A DNA stretch of 64,000 nucleotides from the human T2T-CHM13v2.0 reference genome, Homo sapiens. Below are positions 60,882-64,000 of the stretch, piece after piece; positions within the stretch are counted from its first letter, which is position 1, and each line of letters begins with the position of its first letter. The translations under genes and the position numbers were made by a program. Where the stretch lies: assembly GCF_009914755.1 (NCBI RefSeq), contig NC_060940.1. One strand, written 5' to 3'. The notes beneath the pieces were generated by a model. It was not told the DNA's origin and did not search any database. It worked only from the letters and a program-made list of their open reading frames with translations.

Positions 60882-62710
60882 GAGTCTATTTATGTATTAT
60901 ATTCGTGTCCACTTCATGATTCCATTCAATTCCATTTAATGTTGATTCCATTTGATTCCATTTGATGATTCAGTTCGATTCCTTGCAATGATTCCCTACG
61001 ATTCCTTTCTATGATTATTCCATTCGATTCCATTCATTGATGATTTCATTCGACTCCATTCGATGATGATTCCTTTCGATTCCATTTGACGATGTTTCCA
61101 TTCGAGTCCATTTGATGATGATTCTATTCAATTCTGTTCTATTATGATTCCATTCGATTTCATTCAATGCTTCTCTTTGATTCCATTCGATGATGATTCC
61201 ATCTCTTTCCCTTCGATGATTCCATTTGATTCCATTCAGTGATGATTCCATTTGATTCCATCTGATGATGATTTCACTTGATTCCTTTCAATGATGATTC
61301 AATTCAAGTCCATTCGATGATTCCATTGGAGTCCAAACGATCATTCCGTTCGATTCCATTCAATGGTGATTCCATTCATGTCCATTCGATGAATCCATTC
61401 AATTCCATTCGATGATGACTCCATTCGAGTACATTCGATGATTCCATTTGATTCCATTTGAAGATGATTCCATTCAATTCCATTCGAAGATGATTCCATT
61501 CAATTCCATTCGATGATGATTCCGTATGAATCCATTCTCTGATTATTCCATTCGATTCCATTCATTGACGATTCCATTCAATTCCATTCAATGATGATTC
61601 TCTTCTATTCCATTCGATGATTCCGGTCGATTCCATTCGATGATGATTCCATTAGATTCCATTCGATTGTTGCATTCGATTCCCTTCGATGATGATTCCT
61701 TTGAATTCCATTCGATTATCATTCCGTATGAATCCATTTGATGATTATTCCATTGGATTCCTTTCGATGATGATTCCATTCGATTCCATTTGATGATGTT
61801 TCTCTTGTATTCCATTGGATAATTCCTTTCAGTTCCCTTCGATGATTATTCTTTCGAGTCAATTCGATGATTCTATTCCATTCCCTTCGATGATGATTCC
61901 ATTTCACTCCATTTGATGATTCCATTCGACTCAATTTGGTGATGATTCAATTCGATGACATTCGATGACTCCATTCAATTTCATTTGATGATGATTACAT
62001 TCGAGTCCATTTGATGATTGTATTCCTTTCCTTTTGATGATTATTCCATTCGTGTCTATTCAAAGATTCCATTCTATTCCATTCAATGATGATTGCATTT
62101 GATTCCATTCAATGATTATGGCTATCGATTCCACTCGTTGATTCCATTTGATTCCGTTCGATGATTATTCCGTTAGATTCCATTAGAAGATTCCATTCGA
62201 TTTTATTCAATGATTCCAATGGATTCCATTCAATGATGATTCCATTCGACTCCATTCAGTGATTCCATTCGAGTCCTTTTGATGATTCCATTCTTTTCCA
62301 TTTGATGATGATTCCATTAGGGTCCATTCAATGATTCCATTCGAGTCCATTCGTTAATGCCTTTCGAGTCCTTTTGATCACTACATTCGAGTCCATTCAA
62401 TGATTCTATTCGATTCCATTCCATGATGATTCCATTCGAGTTCATTCGATGATTGCATTCGAGTCCATTTGATGATTCCATATGATTCCCTTCGACAATG
62501 ATTCCATTCGTGTCCATTTGATGATTCCATTCATTTCCTATCGATGAAGATTCCATTCAAGTGTATTCGATGATTCCATTCAAATCCATTCGATGATGAT
62601 TCCATTCCAGTCCATTCGATCATTCCACTTGATTCCATTTGATGACTATTCCATTCAAATCCATTTGATGATTCCATTCTATTCCATTCGATGTTACCAT
62701 TCGAGTATAT
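60882..62710 (+). repeat. Divergent ~1.8-kb HSat2 block not collinear with the 6,112-bp unit
   Basis: Same satellite vocabulary, but with k-mers I did not see elsewhere in the window: CGAGTCTATTTATGTATTATATTCGTG (60881), CCTTGCAATGATTCCCTACG (60981), TTCCGGTCGA (61621), GATTATGGCTATCG (~62114). Confidence 0.8.
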
Positions 62711-64000
62711 ACGATGATTCCACTCGATTCCATTTGATGATTATTCCATTGGAGTCCACTTAGTGAATCCTTTAGATTCTACTCGAAGATGATTCCATTC
62801 GAGTCCATTCGATGATACCATTCAATTCCATTCGTTGATGCTTCCATTCAAGTGCATTCGATGATATCATTCGATTCCATTTGATGATAATTCCATTTGA
62901 TTCCATGCGATGATTCTATTCGATTCCATTCAATGATAATTCCATTCAATTCAGTGATTCCTCTGGACTCCATTTGATGATGATTCCATTCAATGATTCC
63001 ATTCGATTCTATTCGAAAATGATTCCATTTGAATCCATTTGATGATGATTCCATTGGATTCCATTTGATGATTCCATTCGATTCCATTCGATGATGATTC
63101 CATTCGATTCCTTTTGATGAATCCATTCTATTGTATTCGATGATGATTCCATTCGATTCCATTCGATGATGATTGGATTCGATTCCATTTGATGATTTCA
63201 TTTGATTCCATTCGATAATGATTTCGATCAATTCCATTCGATGATTCCATTCGATTCCATTCGATAATGATTACATCCGAGTCCATTCGATGATTCCATT
63301 TGAGCCCGTTCGATAATTCCATTTGAGTCCAATCAATGATTCCATTCATTTCCATTCAATGATTCCATTCGAGTCCATTTGATCATTCCGGTAGGGTCCG
63401 TTCGATGTTGATTCCATTGGAGTGCATTCGATGATTCCATTCGAGTCCATTTTAGGATTTGATTCGAGTCCTTTCGATGATTCCATTCGATTCCACTCGA
63501 TGATTTCATTCGAGTCCATTCGACACTTCCAATCGATTCCATTTGATGTTTCCATTCGATTCCAATTGATGATTCCATTCAATTCCATTCGATGATGATT
63601 CCGTACGATTCCATTCTGTGATGATTCCATGTGATTGCATTCAATGATGATTCCTTTCGATTGCATTCGATTATGATTCATTTCGTGTTCATTCTATGGT
63701 TCCACAGGTTTCCATTTGATGATGTTTCCATTCGTGTCCATTCCATTATTCCATTCTATTCCATTTGAAGATGATTCCATTCGATTCCATTCATTGGTGA
63801 TTCCACTCAATTCCATTCAATGATTCCATTCCATTTCTTTCAACAATGATTCCATTAGTTTCTATTCGATGATCCACTTGATTCCATTTGACGATGATTC
63901 CATTCGTGTCCATTCGATGATTCCATTTGATTCCATATGATGATGATTCCATTCGATTCCATACGATGATGATTCCATTCGAGTCCATTCAATGGTGATT
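62711..64000 (+). repeat. Divergent partial copy 12, re-entering the unit at position ~1170
   Basis: GGAGTCCACTTAGTGAATCCTTTAG at 62751, CAAGTGCATT at 62849 and GGTTCCACAGG at 63698 match unit positions ~1205, ~1303 and ~2145. Confidence 0.88.

Larger units (their letters stand above)
1..64000 (+). repeat. Human Satellite 2 (HSat2/HSATII) pericentromeric tandem array, CATTC strand on +
   Basis: Continuous degenerate CATTC/CGATT/GATGAT sequence with abundant CATTCGATTC, CATTCGAGTC and GATGATTCCATT. The frequent TCGA and 23/26-bp subunits distinguish HSat2 from HSat3, which has long (CATTC)n runs. No strand switch and no non-satellite interruption seen. Confidence 0.97.

Noticed and set aside
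60882-62710. Possible transposon or unique-sequence insertion
   Set aside because: The block is still CATTC/GATGAT satellite, with no poly-A tail, short target-site duplication, Alu/L1 similarity or terminal repeats.
97-63988. Numerous 60-132 aa minus-strand ORFs rich in MES/NGIEWNH/RM
   Set aside because: They are translations of GAATG/GAATC/ATC repeats, which supply many ATGs and few stops. They overlap in different frames, recur with the unit, and appear or vanish with single SNPs. No domain or gene structure is visible.
1-64000. CRISPR-like array (23-26 bp repeats)
   Set aside because: There are no unique spacers between constant repeats, no leader and no cas genes. The sequence is contiguous degenerate satellite.
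1-64000. HSat3 (e.g. DYZ1, chr9) or alpha satellite
   Set aside because: Pure (CATTC)n runs reach only about 3 units, CATTCGATTC/GATGAT dominate, and no 171-bp monomer or CENP-B box was seen.
1-64000. Inversion or strand switch within the array
   Set aside because: No GAATG-dominated stretch on the + strand. Orientation is uniform throughout.

Overview
The whole 64 kb window is one uninterrupted, single-orientation array of human (hominoid) Satellite 2 (HSat2/HSATII): degenerate CATTCGATTC / GATTCCATTCGAGTCCATTCGAT(GAT) 23/26-bp subunits with CATTC on the + strand throughout. I found no genes, RNA genes, transposon insertions, inversions or CRISPR arrays; every ORF is a translation of the satellite. 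The satellite is organised as a ~6,112-bp higher-order unit, consistent with the ~6.1-kb HSat2B repeat known from chr16q11.2 (assignment from recall, not alignment). The unique landmark GGTTCCACAGG occurs at 2145, 8185, 14297, 20409, 26521, 32633, 36983, 41284, 47370, 53482, 59571 and 63698 (spacings 6040, 6112 x4, 4350, 4301, 6086, 6112, 6089, 4127). The interesting content is structural history: two tandem short units lacking 1,762 bp and carrying their own SNP haplotype, indels sized in 10/23/26-bp subunits, nested duplications traceable by shared SNPs, and a transition near 58.9-64 kb to more divergent copies with a ~1.8-kb HSat2 block absent from the 6.1-kb unit. I see no evidence of a novel coding system.
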